Positions 1 through 8,763 of a DNA stretch of 47,389 bases are shown here, piece after piece. How positions within the stretch are numbered: position 1 is the first letter of the stretch; the number at the start of each line of letters is the position of its first letter. Made by a program: the position numbers and the translations under genes. Under the pieces are notes generated by a model, which worked only from the letters and a program-made list of their open reading frames with translations, had not been told where the DNA came from and did no database searches. The stretch comes from Candidatus Moraniibacteriota bacterium (GTDB lineage Bacteria; Patescibacteriota; Minisyncoccia; Moranbacterales; GWC2-37-73), in assembly GCA_003507445.1 (NCBI GenBank), contig DNVR01000010.1, positions 1-47,389 of the forward strand. The letters are read 5' to 3'.

Positions 1-504
1 TATCTTAATACTGAATATATTGACTTGGAAAGAATTTTGCTTAGCTTTGAAGTTCCGCTGATGGATATTATTGTGAATTTTCACGATGATCTCAAAAGCG
101 TTTCCTCAGGTTATGCCTCAATGAGCTATGATATTATTGGATATCGAAAATCAGATTTGATTAAATTGGACATTCTTTTGGCTGGCGAAATTGTGGAAGC
201 GCTTGGTCGCATTGTTCCTCGTGATCGTGCTCACAATGAAGGCAAGAGAATTGTGGAAAAATTAGCCCAGGCTATTCCTCGTCAAAACTTTGTGATTCCA
301 GTGCAAGCCTCCATTGGCGCCAAGATTATTGCGCGTGAAACAATCAGACCTTTTCGTAAAGATGTTATTTCCGGATTATACGGTGGGGACGTGACACGAA
401 AAAATAAACTTCTCGACAAGCAAAAGAAAGGGAAAAAGAAAATGCGCAACATCGGAAAAGTCCAAGTCCCATCCGAAGCCTACCTCGCAGTTCTCAAACG
501 TTAG
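1..504 (+). CDS. lepA: Elongation factor 4 (LepA), C-terminal part; 5' end lies outside the window
   Basis: The frame is open from base 1. The translation ...[25 protein letters not shown]...[33 protein letters not shown] is the conserved LepA C-terminal domain. TAG stop at 502-504. Confidence 0.85.
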   Translation, partial: YLNTEYIDLERILLSFEVPLMDIIVNFHDDLKSVSSGYASMSYDIIGYRKSDLIKLDILLAGEIVEALGRIVPRDRAHNEGKRIVEKLAQAIPRQNFVIPVQASIGAKIIARETIRPFRKDVISGLYGGDVTRKNKLLDKQKKGKKKMRNIGKVQVPSEAYLAVLKR

Positions 505-550
505 AAAAAATGTGTTGTGTTGTTGCTAATAATTTGGTAAAATAATATAT

Positions 551-664
551 ATGAGTCATAAAAAAAGAAAAAGGTTTGCACATATTGTTTGGGTAGTTAT
601 TTCAGTTTTGGCGATCATTTCGATGGTTGGTTTTTCTGTTTCTTCTTTATTTATTGGACAGTAA
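551..664 (+). CDS. Hypothetical 37-aa peptide with a basic N-terminus and one hydrophobic helix (MSHKKRKRFAHIVWVVISVLAIISMVGFSVSSLFIGQ)
   Basis: ATG..TAA ORF read by hand (below the track cutoff). It has a membrane-anchor-like composition. No clear SD. Confidence 0.25.
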   Translation: MSHKKRKRFAHIVWVVISVLAIISMVGFSVSSLFIGQ

Positions 665-790
665 AACAAGGATTTATCCTAGCAGTGAAAATCAAAATTT
701 TTAAACACTACCAGCGATTTTAACTAAAAAAAGTTTATTTTAAATAAGTAATTTGAATTGGCTAAAAACCATTTGAATTTCTACTGCGGG

Positions 791-1174
791 ATGAAAAAAA
801 AGTTTTCATATGTGGTGTTTGTTTTTATCGCCGGGATTGTTCTTGCTGTTTTTATATCTGTCAGCGCTGTGCGAGAATCTTATCGCAGTAGAACGATTGA
901 AAAAGAAGTTGAGACATTAAAACAGGAAGCTCAGCGAATTGAAAATGAAAATGAAGCTATGCGAGAACGTATTTCATATTTTGAAACAGCTGAATTTCAA
1001 GAAAAAATAGCCAAGGAAAAATTAAATTTGCAAAAACCTGATGAAAATGTGGTTGTAGTAAAGCAGCGAGTTGAAAAGCAGGTTCAAGAAAATGATGATC
1101 AAGGTGGTGTTGTCCAAGATGAAAAAGTTGATCCTAATTATCTTAAGTGGTGGAATTTTTTCTTTAAATACTAA
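791..1174 (+). CDS. Septum formation initiator (FtsB/DivIC-like) protein
   Basis: N-terminal TM helix followed by the coiled coil ...IEKEVETLKQEAQRIENENEAMRERISYFETAEFQEKIAKEKLNLQKPDE, typical of FtsB/DivIC. The ATG at 791 is preferred over the TTG at 758. Confidence 0.55.
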   Translation: MKKKFSYVVFVFIAGIVLAVFISVSAVRESYRSRTIEKEVETLKQEAQRIENENEAMRERISYFETAEFQEKIAKEKLNLQKPDENVVVVKQRVEKQVQENDDQGGVVQDEKVDPNYLKWWNFFFKY

Positions 1175-1179
1175 AATTC

Positions 1180-1327
1180 ACCCTGTTAAATAATTTTAAA
1201 AAATAATCATTTTTTAAAATTAAGATTTGGATTATAATCCATTGTATGGGGTGTTGTAATTAAACAATTAATCTAAATAAGTAAAGAAAGATTTTCTTTT
1301 AGAGATCCAAATCTTATTTAACAGGGT
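1180..1327. repeat. Palindromic leader element, long copy 1 (ACCCTGTTAAA..TAAGATTTGGAT ... ATCCAAATCTTATTTAACAGGGT), ending 2 nt before the PPIase ATG
   Basis: Arms 1180-1190 plus 1221-1232 pair with 1305-1327. A 30-nt self-palindromic insert lies at 1191-1220. The architecture and arm sequence match 23731-23846. Confidence 0.6.
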
Positions 1328-1329
1328 AA

Positions 1330-2388
1330 ATGAAAAAAGAAAACGAAAAAAGAATAAAAGTGTCGACATTGGTATATGCCTTGTTGATTTTAATAATGAT
1401 TGTTTTGAGCATAGGAAGCATTCTTGCTTATGGAACAAGAACTGAAATTGGCACAAAAATTGCAGCTGCAATATCAAAAGCAGTTCCTTTTCCCGCTGTC
1501 ATCATCAATTGGAGTCACATCATTTATATAAATGATGTTCAAGATAATATGGCTTCAATAACAAGATTTTATCAAACACAAGATTTTGCAAAAGAAGGTT
1601 TGCGCATCGATTTCACAACTGAAGATGGGAAAAAACGCTTGAGAATTAAGGAACGCGAAATTATCGACAAAATGGTTGAGGACGAAATTATTGAGATTTT
1701 AGCCAAAGATGCGGGAATTTCTATTACTGATGAAGATGTGGAGAAGGTGGTAACACAAAAATTGAATGAATTTGGAACTGCGGATGATGTAAAAAATGAC
1801 TTGTTGAAATCTTATGGATGGACTATGGATGATTTCAAAAAGCGGGTAGTCTTGCCAAGTCTTTATGCTGAAGCTTTGGCTCAAAATGTTGCAGCTGAAG
1901 GAGTTACTGATAATAACAAAGCAAAGAATAAAATTTCTCAGGCTCAAAAAGAACTTGAAAGCGGAAAAGATTTTGTTGATGTTGTGCGTAGTTATTCTGA
2001 GGGGCCATCCAGGGAAAAAGGTGGGGAGCTTGGCTGGGCAAAAAAAGATCAAGTTGTGCCAGAGCTTCAAGAAATTTTATTTGGAAAAGAGGTGCCAGTG
2101 AAAAACAGTATCGTTGAAAGTTCAATAGGTTTTCACATTGTGGAAATTGAAAATAGAAAAAAGGAAAACAACGAGGACATTTTGCAATTGAGACAAATAT
2201 TCGTTGCAAAAAACACTTTTGCTGATTGGTTGGAAGACAAGAAGAAACAAATGAAAGTTTCAGTTCCATTGGCTGATTTTACTTGGAATGCTGAAAATGG
2301 CTCTATTGATTTTGAAGATGAGGATATGCGAGTTTTTGAAAAACAAGAGCGAGCAAAAGTTCAGGGCGACGCATCAATATTATTTTAA
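1330..2388 (+). CDS. PpiC/parvulin-type peptidyl-prolyl cis-trans isomerase (PrsA/SurA-like), membrane anchored
   Basis: N-terminal TM helix. Parvulin signature ...GGELGWAKKDQVVPELQEILFGKEVPVKNSIVESSIGFHIVEI... Confidence 0.8.
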   Translation: MKKENEKRIKVSTLVYALLILIMIVLSIGSILAYGTRTEIGTKIAAAISKAVPFPAVIINWSHIIYINDVQDNMASITRFYQTQDFAKEGLRIDFTTEDGKKRLRIKEREIIDKMVEDEIIEILAKDAGISITDEDVEKVVTQKLNEFGTADDVKNDLLKSYGWTMDDFKKRVVLPSLYAEALAQNVAAEGVTDNNKAKNKISQAQKELESGKDFVDVVRSYSEGPSREKGGELGWAKKDQVVPELQEILFGKEVPVKNSIVESSIGFHIVEIENRKKENNEDILQLRQIFVAKNTFADWLEDKKKQMKVSVPLADFTWNAENGSIDFEDEDMRVFEKQERAKVQGDASILF

Positions 2389-2562
2389 GGTCTACGAACG
2401 TACGAAAATGTACAAAAGTACAAAAATTTGATATTTTTAATTTATTAATTAATTTTTTCTGCAAACTACAAAAATCTTTCAAATTTATTGATATATAAAA
2501 AATGCGTTTTTTGTATATTTGTATTTTTGTAATAATTTGTAATTTTGTAGAACTATAATAAT

Positions 2563-2745
2563 ATGACAAAACCAGTAGTAAACGAAGACTTGTGCATTGG
2601 GTGTGGAACTTGTGAATCATTGTGTCCAACAGCGTTTAAAATGGAAAATGGAAAATCACACGTTATTGTTGAACAATGTGGAGATTGTGATTGCCAAGAA
2701 ACAGTTGACAGCTGTCCTGTGAATGCAATATCTCTAGAGGAATAA
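2563..2745 (+). CDS. Small ferredoxin (single Fe-S cluster type)
   Basis: 60 aa with CIGCGTCESLCP ... CDCQETVDSCP cysteine motifs. Confidence 0.85.
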   Translation: MTKPVVNEDLCIGCGTCESLCPTAFKMENGKSHVIVEQCGDCDCQETVDSCPVNAISLEE

Positions 2746-2752
2746 TTGTGCT

Positions 2753-2800
2753 GGCACTCAGGGTTTTAACCGACCCTGAGTGCCATACCTTTTAATTTTT
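2753..2800 (+). terminator. Intrinsic terminator after the ferredoxin gene
   Basis: 12-bp stem GGCACTCAGGGT / ACCCTGAGTGCC (2753-2784) followed by a T-rich tail. Confidence 0.7.
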
Positions 2801-3040
2801 GCGTAGGGTATAAAAAATTGTTTCTGATTGTTGTTTTTGTTCGGAAATAAAATGGCATTAAGCATTTTGTTTCCATCACTCACTCGGAAATGCTCGTCTG
2901 CTGACGAATCATTTCGCTCGTTTCGTTCGGAAATAATACTTTTTTCCTCTTGTATGAATTATAGAAAGCCCACAAGGCCCAGTGCTATGCTCGGAGTTTC
3001 TTTTGGGCGAATGGTTTTGAATATTGAATAATATGCTTAA

Positions 3041-3152
3041 TTTTTGTTTGCCTATTTCCTTTTTGAGCACGTTTTTGACCCAAGACTATGGTCAAAAACT
3101 CAAAGAATTGCTGTCGCAATAATTGGCCAAAAAGAAAACAGGCAAACAAAAA
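3041..3152. other. Nested inverted-repeat structure in the 460-bp ferredoxin-htrA spacer
   Basis: Outer arms TTGTTTGCCT (3044-3053) / AGGCAAACAA (3140-3149). Inner hairpin GTTTTTGACC (3071-3080) / GGTCAAAAAC (3090-3099), extended by TTTGA / TCAAA. Confidence 0.4.
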
Positions 3153-3208
3153 TTTCAAAGCTTTATTAATTCAATTGATACATTAATTAATAGTAAATTT
3201 TTAATTAT

Positions 3209-4528
3209 ATGGAAAATATTCAAAAAGAAGAAGTGATTTCTGAAAAAGTAGATAACAAAAAAAATTCTCGCGTTTATTTGTCAAAAACAATGTTGGCGGG
3301 GTTGGTTTTGATGACGATGCTCCTCTCGTCTTTGTTTGGAGCAGTTTTTGGTCTTATGTCGGCGGGCGTAGTGAATATTTTTTCTCTTAAAATTGGTCAA
3401 AAAATAGGGCAATATTTTCCAAAAGTTGATTTGCATAAAATAAACCCTGAGGTCAGCAGGCAACAGGTTATTGTGGAGGATTCAGCTGTGATTGATGTTG
3501 TGGAAAAAGTTTCTCCAGCAGTGGTTAATATTGTTATTTCCAAAAACATTCCAAATACTACAAATAGCTTTAATGATCCTTGGGGCTTCTTTGATCCCTT
3601 CTTCAGCGAACCTTTTGGTGGCAGCAATGGGGACACTCAAACAGATCAAGGAACACAAAAAAGGACAATTGGTGGCGGCAGTGGATTTTTTATAACATCA
3701 GATGGATATATTTTGACAAACCGTCATGTGCTTGAAGATCAGCAAGCTGATTATACTGTCGTTACTAATGATGGTAAGGAATATGTTGCAAAAGTGTTGG
3801 CACGTGATCCTGTGCGCGACGTGGCAGTGATTAAGATTGAAGGTAACAATTTTCCAGTAGCGACACTGGGTGATTCTGATGTGCTGAAGATTGGTCAAAC
3901 CGTTGTTGCTATTGGAAATTCTTTGGGAGAATTTTCTAACTCTGTTAGTCGAGGAATAGTTTCGGGATTAAAAAGAAATCTTAGTGCCGGTAGTGGTTTT
4001 GGCGATAGTGAAAGATTGACCGACATCATCCAAACAGATGCCGCTATAAATCCTGGAAATTCCGGTGGTCCACTTTTGGATATTAATGGTAATGTTATTG
4101 GAATCAATGTTGCTGTGGCTCAAGGGGCACAGAATGTTGGTTTTGCTTTGCCGGTCAATCAAGCCAAAAGAATAATCGATCAAGTTAAAAATGGTACCAA
4201 GATTTCAGTTCCATATTTGGGTGTAAGATATGTTATGATAGACCAAGCAATTCAAGAAGAAACACAGCTTCCTTTCAATTATGGCGTGTTGGTGCTGCGA
4301 GGAACAAAAATGACTGACCTGGCTGTTATTCCTGGGTCTCCTGCTGATAAAGCTGGCATCGTGGAAAATGATATAATTTTAGAAATCGATGGTCAGAAAA
4401 TTAATCAGAAAAATCAACTTGGTGATATGATTTTGAAATATAATTCAGGAGATGTTGTTACTTTAAAGATTTGGCACAAAGGCGAAACAAAAGACATTCA
4501 AGTAAAACTGGAAGAACGTAAGAGCTAA
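3209..4528 (+). CDS. htrA: HtrA/DegP-family serine protease with C-terminal PDZ domain (catalytic triad intact)
   Basis: GSGFFITSDGYILTNRHV (His), DVAVIKIEG (Asp) and INPGNSGGPLLD (Ser) are present. N-terminal TM helix and a PDZ-like C-terminus. Confidence 0.9.
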   Translation: MENIQKEEVISEKVDNKKNSRVYLSKTMLAGLVLMTMLLSSLFGAVFGLMSAGVVNIFSLKIGQKIGQYFPKVDLHKINPEVSRQQVIVEDSAVIDVVEKVSPAVVNIVISKNIPNTTNSFNDPWGFFDPFFSEPFGGSNGDTQTDQGTQKRTIGGGSGFFITSDGYILTNRHVLEDQQADYTVVTNDGKEYVAKVLARDPVRDVAVIKIEGNNFPVATLGDSDVLKIGQTVVAIGNSLGEFSNSVSRGIVSGLKRNLSAGSGFGDSERLTDIIQTDAAINPGNSGGPLLDINGNVIGINVAVAQGAQNVGFALPVNQAKRIIDQVKNGTKISVPYLGVRYVMIDQAIQEETQLPFNYGVLVLRGTKMTDLAVIPGSPADKAGIVENDIILEIDGQKINQKNQLGDMILKYNSGDVVTLKIWHKGETKDIQVKLEERKS

Positions 4529-4674
4529 TTTGATTACAAATTAAATTACTAATTTCTGATATCTAATTTTTAATAAAAACACAAATTTCCAATGCAAGAA
4601 TGCAAAAATTGGGATTTTAGGAATTGGAAATTAATTAGAAATTAGGAATTGGGTATTAGAAATTTTTTACAACT

Positions 4675-7290
4675 ATGGATATAAATAAACTTACAATAAA
4701 AAGTCAGGAATTGCTTAGGAAGTCGCAAGAATATGCACTTTCTCTTGGGCAACAACAAATCGATATTTTTCATTTGCTGTTCTCATTGATTTCTCAAGGT
4801 GGATCAATTGTTCCTGTTATTTTCAAAAAAATAGGAGTTGATATTGAAAAAATAAAAAATGAGGTGACGCAAGAAGTTAAGAAATATCCAAAAACAGAAG
4901 TTGGCGCGCTTGGTCAAGTTTTCATTACGCCAGCCTTGGTTCAAATTTTGGAACAAGCAGAAAAAGAAATGGCACACATTGGCGATGATTTTGTTTCCAC
5001 GGAACATTTGCTGTTGGCATTTCTTTCAATCAATTCTCCTGCCAAAAAGATGCTTGAAGACAATGGAGTTTTTTATGATATGGTTTTGCAAATTCTTTCT
5101 CAAATTCGTGGAGCGCAAAGAGTTGATAATCCTGAACCGGAAGGAAAGTTTCAGGTTATTGAAAAATATACCATCAACCTTACTGAGCTTGCACGCCAAG
5201 ACAAGCTTGATCCTGTGATTGGACGTGATGAGGAAATTCGTCGTGTGATGCAGGTCTTAAGTCGTCGTAGAAAAAATAATCCTGTTTTGATTGGAGAAGC
5301 AGGGACAGGAAAAACCGCTATTGCTGAAGGACTTGCGCAGCGAATTGCTTCGGGCGACGTTCCAGAGACGCTTAAGGACAAAGAATTGATTTCACTGGAT
5401 CTTGGTTCAATGTTGGCTGGTGCAAAATTTCGTGGAGAATTTGAAGACAGATTAAAAGCAATTTTAAAAGAAACAGAGCACGCGGATGGAAAGTATATTA
5501 TGTTTATTGATGAATTGCATACTTTGGTTGGAGCAGGTGCAACAGAGGGTTCGCTTGATGCTTCAAATATGCTCAAGCCCGCGCTTGCTCGTGGAAAATT
5601 GAAAACAATTGGCGCCACAACCACCAAGGAATATCAAAAATATATTGAAAAAGATGCAGCGCTCGAGAGAAGATTCCAGCCAGTTTTGGTTTCAGAACCT
5701 TCAGCATTGGATTCGCTGGCAATACTTCGAGGGATAAAAGAAAAATATGAATTACACCACGGCATTAAGATTACGGATGGTGCTCTTTCTGCTGCAGTAA
5801 AATTGTCATCCCGCTATATTTCAGACAGGTTTTTGCCGGATAAGGCTGTTGATTTGATTGATGAAGCAGCTTCGGCACTTCGAATGGAAATAGATTCAAT
5901 GCCAATTGAAATCGATCAGATGCAGCGAAAAATTCGCCAATTTGAAATTGAAAAGAAAGCGATCCAGCGGGACAAAGCCAAGGATTCGCGTGGCAAAATT
6001 TTGCAAATAAACAAACAGCTTGCGGAACTCAAAGAAAAATCCAACAGTCTGACTTTGCAATGGAAAACAGAAAAAGATCTCATTACTGCAACTCGTCAAC
6101 ACAAAAAAGATATTGATAAGCTTAAATCAGAAGCTGAAATTGCTGAAAGAAACGGCGAGTTGGACAAGGTTGCCGAGATTCGTTATGGAAAAATTCCATT
6201 TTTAGAAAAGAAGGTTAAAGATGAAGAGCGAAAATTAAGCAAAATTCAAAAGGAAAACTCTATTTTGAAAGAGGAAATTACTGAAGAGGAAATTGCCAGA
6301 GTGGTTTCGCGTTGGACTGGAATTCCTGTTTCAAAGATGCTGGAAAGTGAACTTGAAAAACTTGCCTATATGGAAAAAGAACTGGGCGAGCGAGTTATTG
6401 GTCAAGATGAGGCGATTAAAGCAGTCTCAAATGCCATCAGAAGGTCGCGCGCTGGCATTTCAGAAGAGAATCGTCCAATTGGTTCATTTATTTTTCTTGG
6501 TCCAACAGGAGTGGGCAAAACTGAATTGGCAAAAACATTGGCAGAATTCTTGTTCAATGATCCAAAATCAATGGTGCGCTTGGATATGAGTGAATATATG
6601 GAACCACATTCAACTGCGAAAATGATTGGTTCGCCCCCTGGTTATGTGGGATATGATGAAGGCGGACAGCTCACAGAAATTGTGCGCAAGCGGCCGTATA
6701 GTGTGATTTTGTTTGATGAAATTGAAAAAGCTCATCCGCAAGTTTTCAACATCCTGCTTCAAATTTTGGACGATGGGCGATTGACTGATTCTAAGGGACG
6801 CATCGTTAATTTTAAAAATACGGTTATCGTAATGACCTCAAATGTTGGCAGTGAGATTATTTATAAAATGGAATCATTTGGTTTTCAAAGTGAACGCAAA
6901 GAAGACACTGTGAGTGAAAATGAGATGCGCGCCAAGGTGCAAGCAAGTCTGCGGGAACAATTCAAGCCAGAGTTTCTCAATAGAATTGATGAGCTGATTA
7001 TTTTTCATCCACTCAACAAAAAAATACTTTTGCAAATTACCAATTTGCAATTGGCTTTGGTGCAAAAACGACTTGATGAGAAAAATATCAAGTTGAAAGT
7101 CTCCAATGATGTCAAGGCATATTTGACGCAAAAAGGTTTTGATCCAGTCTATGGAGCACGTCCGCTCAAGCGCATCATCCAAAACGAAATTCTCGACGAA
7201 CTTGCCTTGGAAATTATCGAAAAGAAAATTGTCGATGGCGACACAGTCAAAGTCCAACTTGAAAAAGAAAAAATTGTTTTCATTAAATAG
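4675..7290 (+). CDS. clpB: ATP-dependent chaperone ClpB
   Basis: 871 aa. Clp N-domain, two AAA+ modules ([15 protein letters not shown]; [15 protein letters not shown]), a long middle coiled-coil domain and [10 protein letters not shown]. Confidence 0.95.
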   Translation: MDINKLTIKSQELLRKSQEYALSLGQQQIDIFHLLFSLISQGGSIVPVIFKKIGVDIEKIKNEVTQEVKKYPKTEVGALGQVFITPALVQILEQAEKEMAHIGDDFVSTEHLLLAFLSINSPAKKMLEDNGVFYDMVLQILSQIRGAQRVDNPEPEGKFQVIEKYTINLTELARQDKLDPVIGRDEEIRRVMQVLSRRRKNNPVLIGEAGTGKTAIAEGLAQRIASGDVPETLKDKELISLDLGSMLAGAKFRGEFEDRLKAILKETEHADGKYIMFIDELHTLVGAGATEGSLDASNMLKPALARGKLKTIGATTTKEYQKYIEKDAALERRFQPVLVSEPSALDSLAILRGIKEKYELHHGIKITDGALSAAVKLSSRYISDRFLPDKAVDLIDEAASALRMEIDSMPIEIDQMQRKIRQFEIEKKAIQRDKAKDSRGKILQINKQLAELKEKSNSLTLQWKTEKDLITATRQHKKDIDKLKSEAEIAERNGELDKVAEIRYGKIPFLEKKVKDEERKLSKIQKENSILKEEITEEEIARVVSRWTGIPVSKMLESELEKLAYMEKELGERVIGQDEAIKAVSNAIRRSRAGISEENRPIGSFIFLGPTGVGKTELAKTLAEFLFNDPKSMVRLDMSEYMEPHSTAKMIGSPPGYVGYDEGGQLTEIVRKRPYSVILFDEIEKAHPQVFNILLQILDDGRLTDSKGRIVNFKNTVIVMTSNVGSEIIYKMESFGFQSERKEDTVSENEMRAKVQASLREQFKPEFLNRIDELIIFHPLNKKILLQITNLQLALVQKRLDEKNIKLKVSNDVKAYLTQKGFDPVYGARPLKRIIQNEILDELALEIIEKKIVDGDTVKVQLEKEKIVFIK

Positions 7291-7308
7291 TTTTAAAACA
7301 AAATTTGC

Positions 7309-7346
7309 ATAAGCTCATATGGTTTGACTATATGAGCTTATTTTGA
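7309..7346 (+). terminator. Intrinsic terminator after clpB
   Basis: 12-bp stem ATAAGCTCATAT / ATATGAGCTTAT followed by TTTTG. Confidence 0.7.
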
Positions 7347-7418
7347 TACCTTTATCAAAAGTTCTTTTTAGCATTTACGGACTTTGTTCGTAAAATCATA
7401 GAGTGAAAGGGAGGAAGT

Positions 7419-8531
7419 ATGAGTAAAAAAGAGGGCATGACTTATGCCGGAACTGGTGTGAACTATGATGAGATGGATCCTTTCAAGATTGCGGCACAGC
7501 TTGCAGCAGGAAAAACGGCTAGCAATATTGAACGCTTTGGTTTTTCGGAGTTAGTATCAAGTCGTGGCGAAAGCGCATACATAGTTGAAATGATTAACTT
7601 TTATATGGCATTCGTCGAAGAAGGTCTTGGTACTAAAAACCTCGTTGCCGACGCGATGTATACACTGACTGGTAAGACCTACTATGATCAGATTGCGCAG
7701 TGCACGATTGCTATGATCGTGAACGATCTGATCACTGTTGGTGCACTTCCGGTTTCGGTAGCGATGCACCTGGCTGTCGGCGATTCTGCCTGGTTTTCAG
7801 ACACAAAGCGTACCGATGATCTCATTGCAGGGTGGAAGAAAGGCTGTGATCTGGCGCGCTGCACTTGGGGAGGTGGCGAAACTCCTACTCTCAAAGGAGT
7901 TGTTGTTCCCGAAGCGGTAGTCCTCAGTGGGTCGTCTGTTGGGATGATAAGGTCTGATCGCGAAATGCTTTCTGGCGAAAAAATCCAGGACGGCGACGTG
8001 ATCGTGATTATCGAAAGTTCCGGCATCCATGCTAATGGCCTTACGCTTGCGCGCAAGATTGCTGACAAACTTCCCGAAGGTTATCTGACAAAGATGCCCA
8101 GCGGAAGAGCATATGGCGAAGCATTGCTTGATCCCACGATCATTTATGTTCCTCTTGTCGACGAATGTCAGAAGGAAGGAATCGAGCTCCACTACGGGAT
8201 TAACATTACTGGTCACGGCCTGCGTAAATTGATGCGCGCTCAGCAGAAGTTTTCCTATGTTGTCGATAAAATTCCGCAGGTTCCTGAGGTTCTCACCTTC
8301 ATGCAGATGCATGGGCCTGTCAGCGATGAAGAAGCATATGGCAACCTGAACATGGGCGCAGGGTTCGCTCTCATTGTTCCGCCCAAAAGCAGCGCAAAGG
8401 TCATAACAAAGGCCAATAACCTGGAGATGAAAGCGTTCGCTGGCGGTCGCGTTCACAAGAGCGACGAGCGCAGTGTTCATATCAAACCCAAAAATCTTGT
8501 CTATAGCGAATCATCACTCAAAGTTCGCTAA
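7419..8531 (+). CDS. purM: AIR synthase (PurM)-family protein, divergent
   Basis: PurM-like blocks YAGTGVNYDEMD, EEGLGTKNLVA, IAMIVNDLITVGALP, GGGETPTL, ESSGIHANGLTLARK and ITGHGLRKL. Strong SD AGGGAGG. Visibly higher G+C than clpB. Confidence 0.65.
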   Translation: MSKKEGMTYAGTGVNYDEMDPFKIAAQLAAGKTASNIERFGFSELVSSRGESAYIVEMINFYMAFVEEGLGTKNLVADAMYTLTGKTYYDQIAQCTIAMIVNDLITVGALPVSVAMHLAVGDSAWFSDTKRTDDLIAGWKKGCDLARCTWGGGETPTLKGVVVPEAVVLSGSSVGMIRSDREMLSGEKIQDGDVIVIIESSGIHANGLTLARKIADKLPEGYLTKMPSGRAYGEALLDPTIIYVPLVDECQKEGIELHYGINITGHGLRKLMRAQQKFSYVVDKIPQVPEVLTFMQMHGPVSDEEAYGNLNMGAGFALIVPPKSSAKVITKANNLEMKAFAGGRVHKSDERSVHIKPKNLVYSESSLKVR

Positions 8532-8543
8532 AATATTACCCAG

Positions 8544-8585
8544 CAAGGGTCAACTCGCTAAGTCGAGTCGGCCCTTGTTTTTTTG
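8544..8585 (+). terminator. Intrinsic terminator after the purM-like gene
   Basis: CAAGGGTCAACTCG...CGAGTCGGCCCTTG stem followed by TTTTTTT. Confidence 0.65.
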
Positions 8586-8763
8586 TTGCATAAATATAAA
8601 TACCTGTTATTATAAAGAACTGCTTTTTAGGCAGTTCTGTAGCTTAAAAATTGAATGAAATTAGGTATTTATTTGAGAATAAAAAACTTGAAAGGAGACA
8701 TTTCGTGAAGTTATTGCCTGCGTACTTGAGATTAACCAAAAACAGAAAAAGGGGAGGTAAGTC

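Noticed and set aside
2828-3031. 67-aa plus-strand ORF in the ferredoxin-htrA spacer
   Set aside because: It has a TTG start, no SD and a Ser/Arg/Phe-rich junk-like sequence that overlaps repeated words. I treated the region as non-coding structured DNA instead.
5151-5627. 158-aa minus-strand ORF inside clpB
   Set aside because: It is entirely antisense to a highly conserved ClpB segment. It has low-complexity Ser/Pro/Ala-rich composition and no SD, so it is a shadow ORF.
7797-8480. 227-aa minus-strand ORF (and 7688-8068) antisense to the purM-like gene
   Set aside because: Long antisense ORFs are expected in the G+C-richer segment. The plus-strand frame carries all the PurM family motifs, and the antisense product has none.
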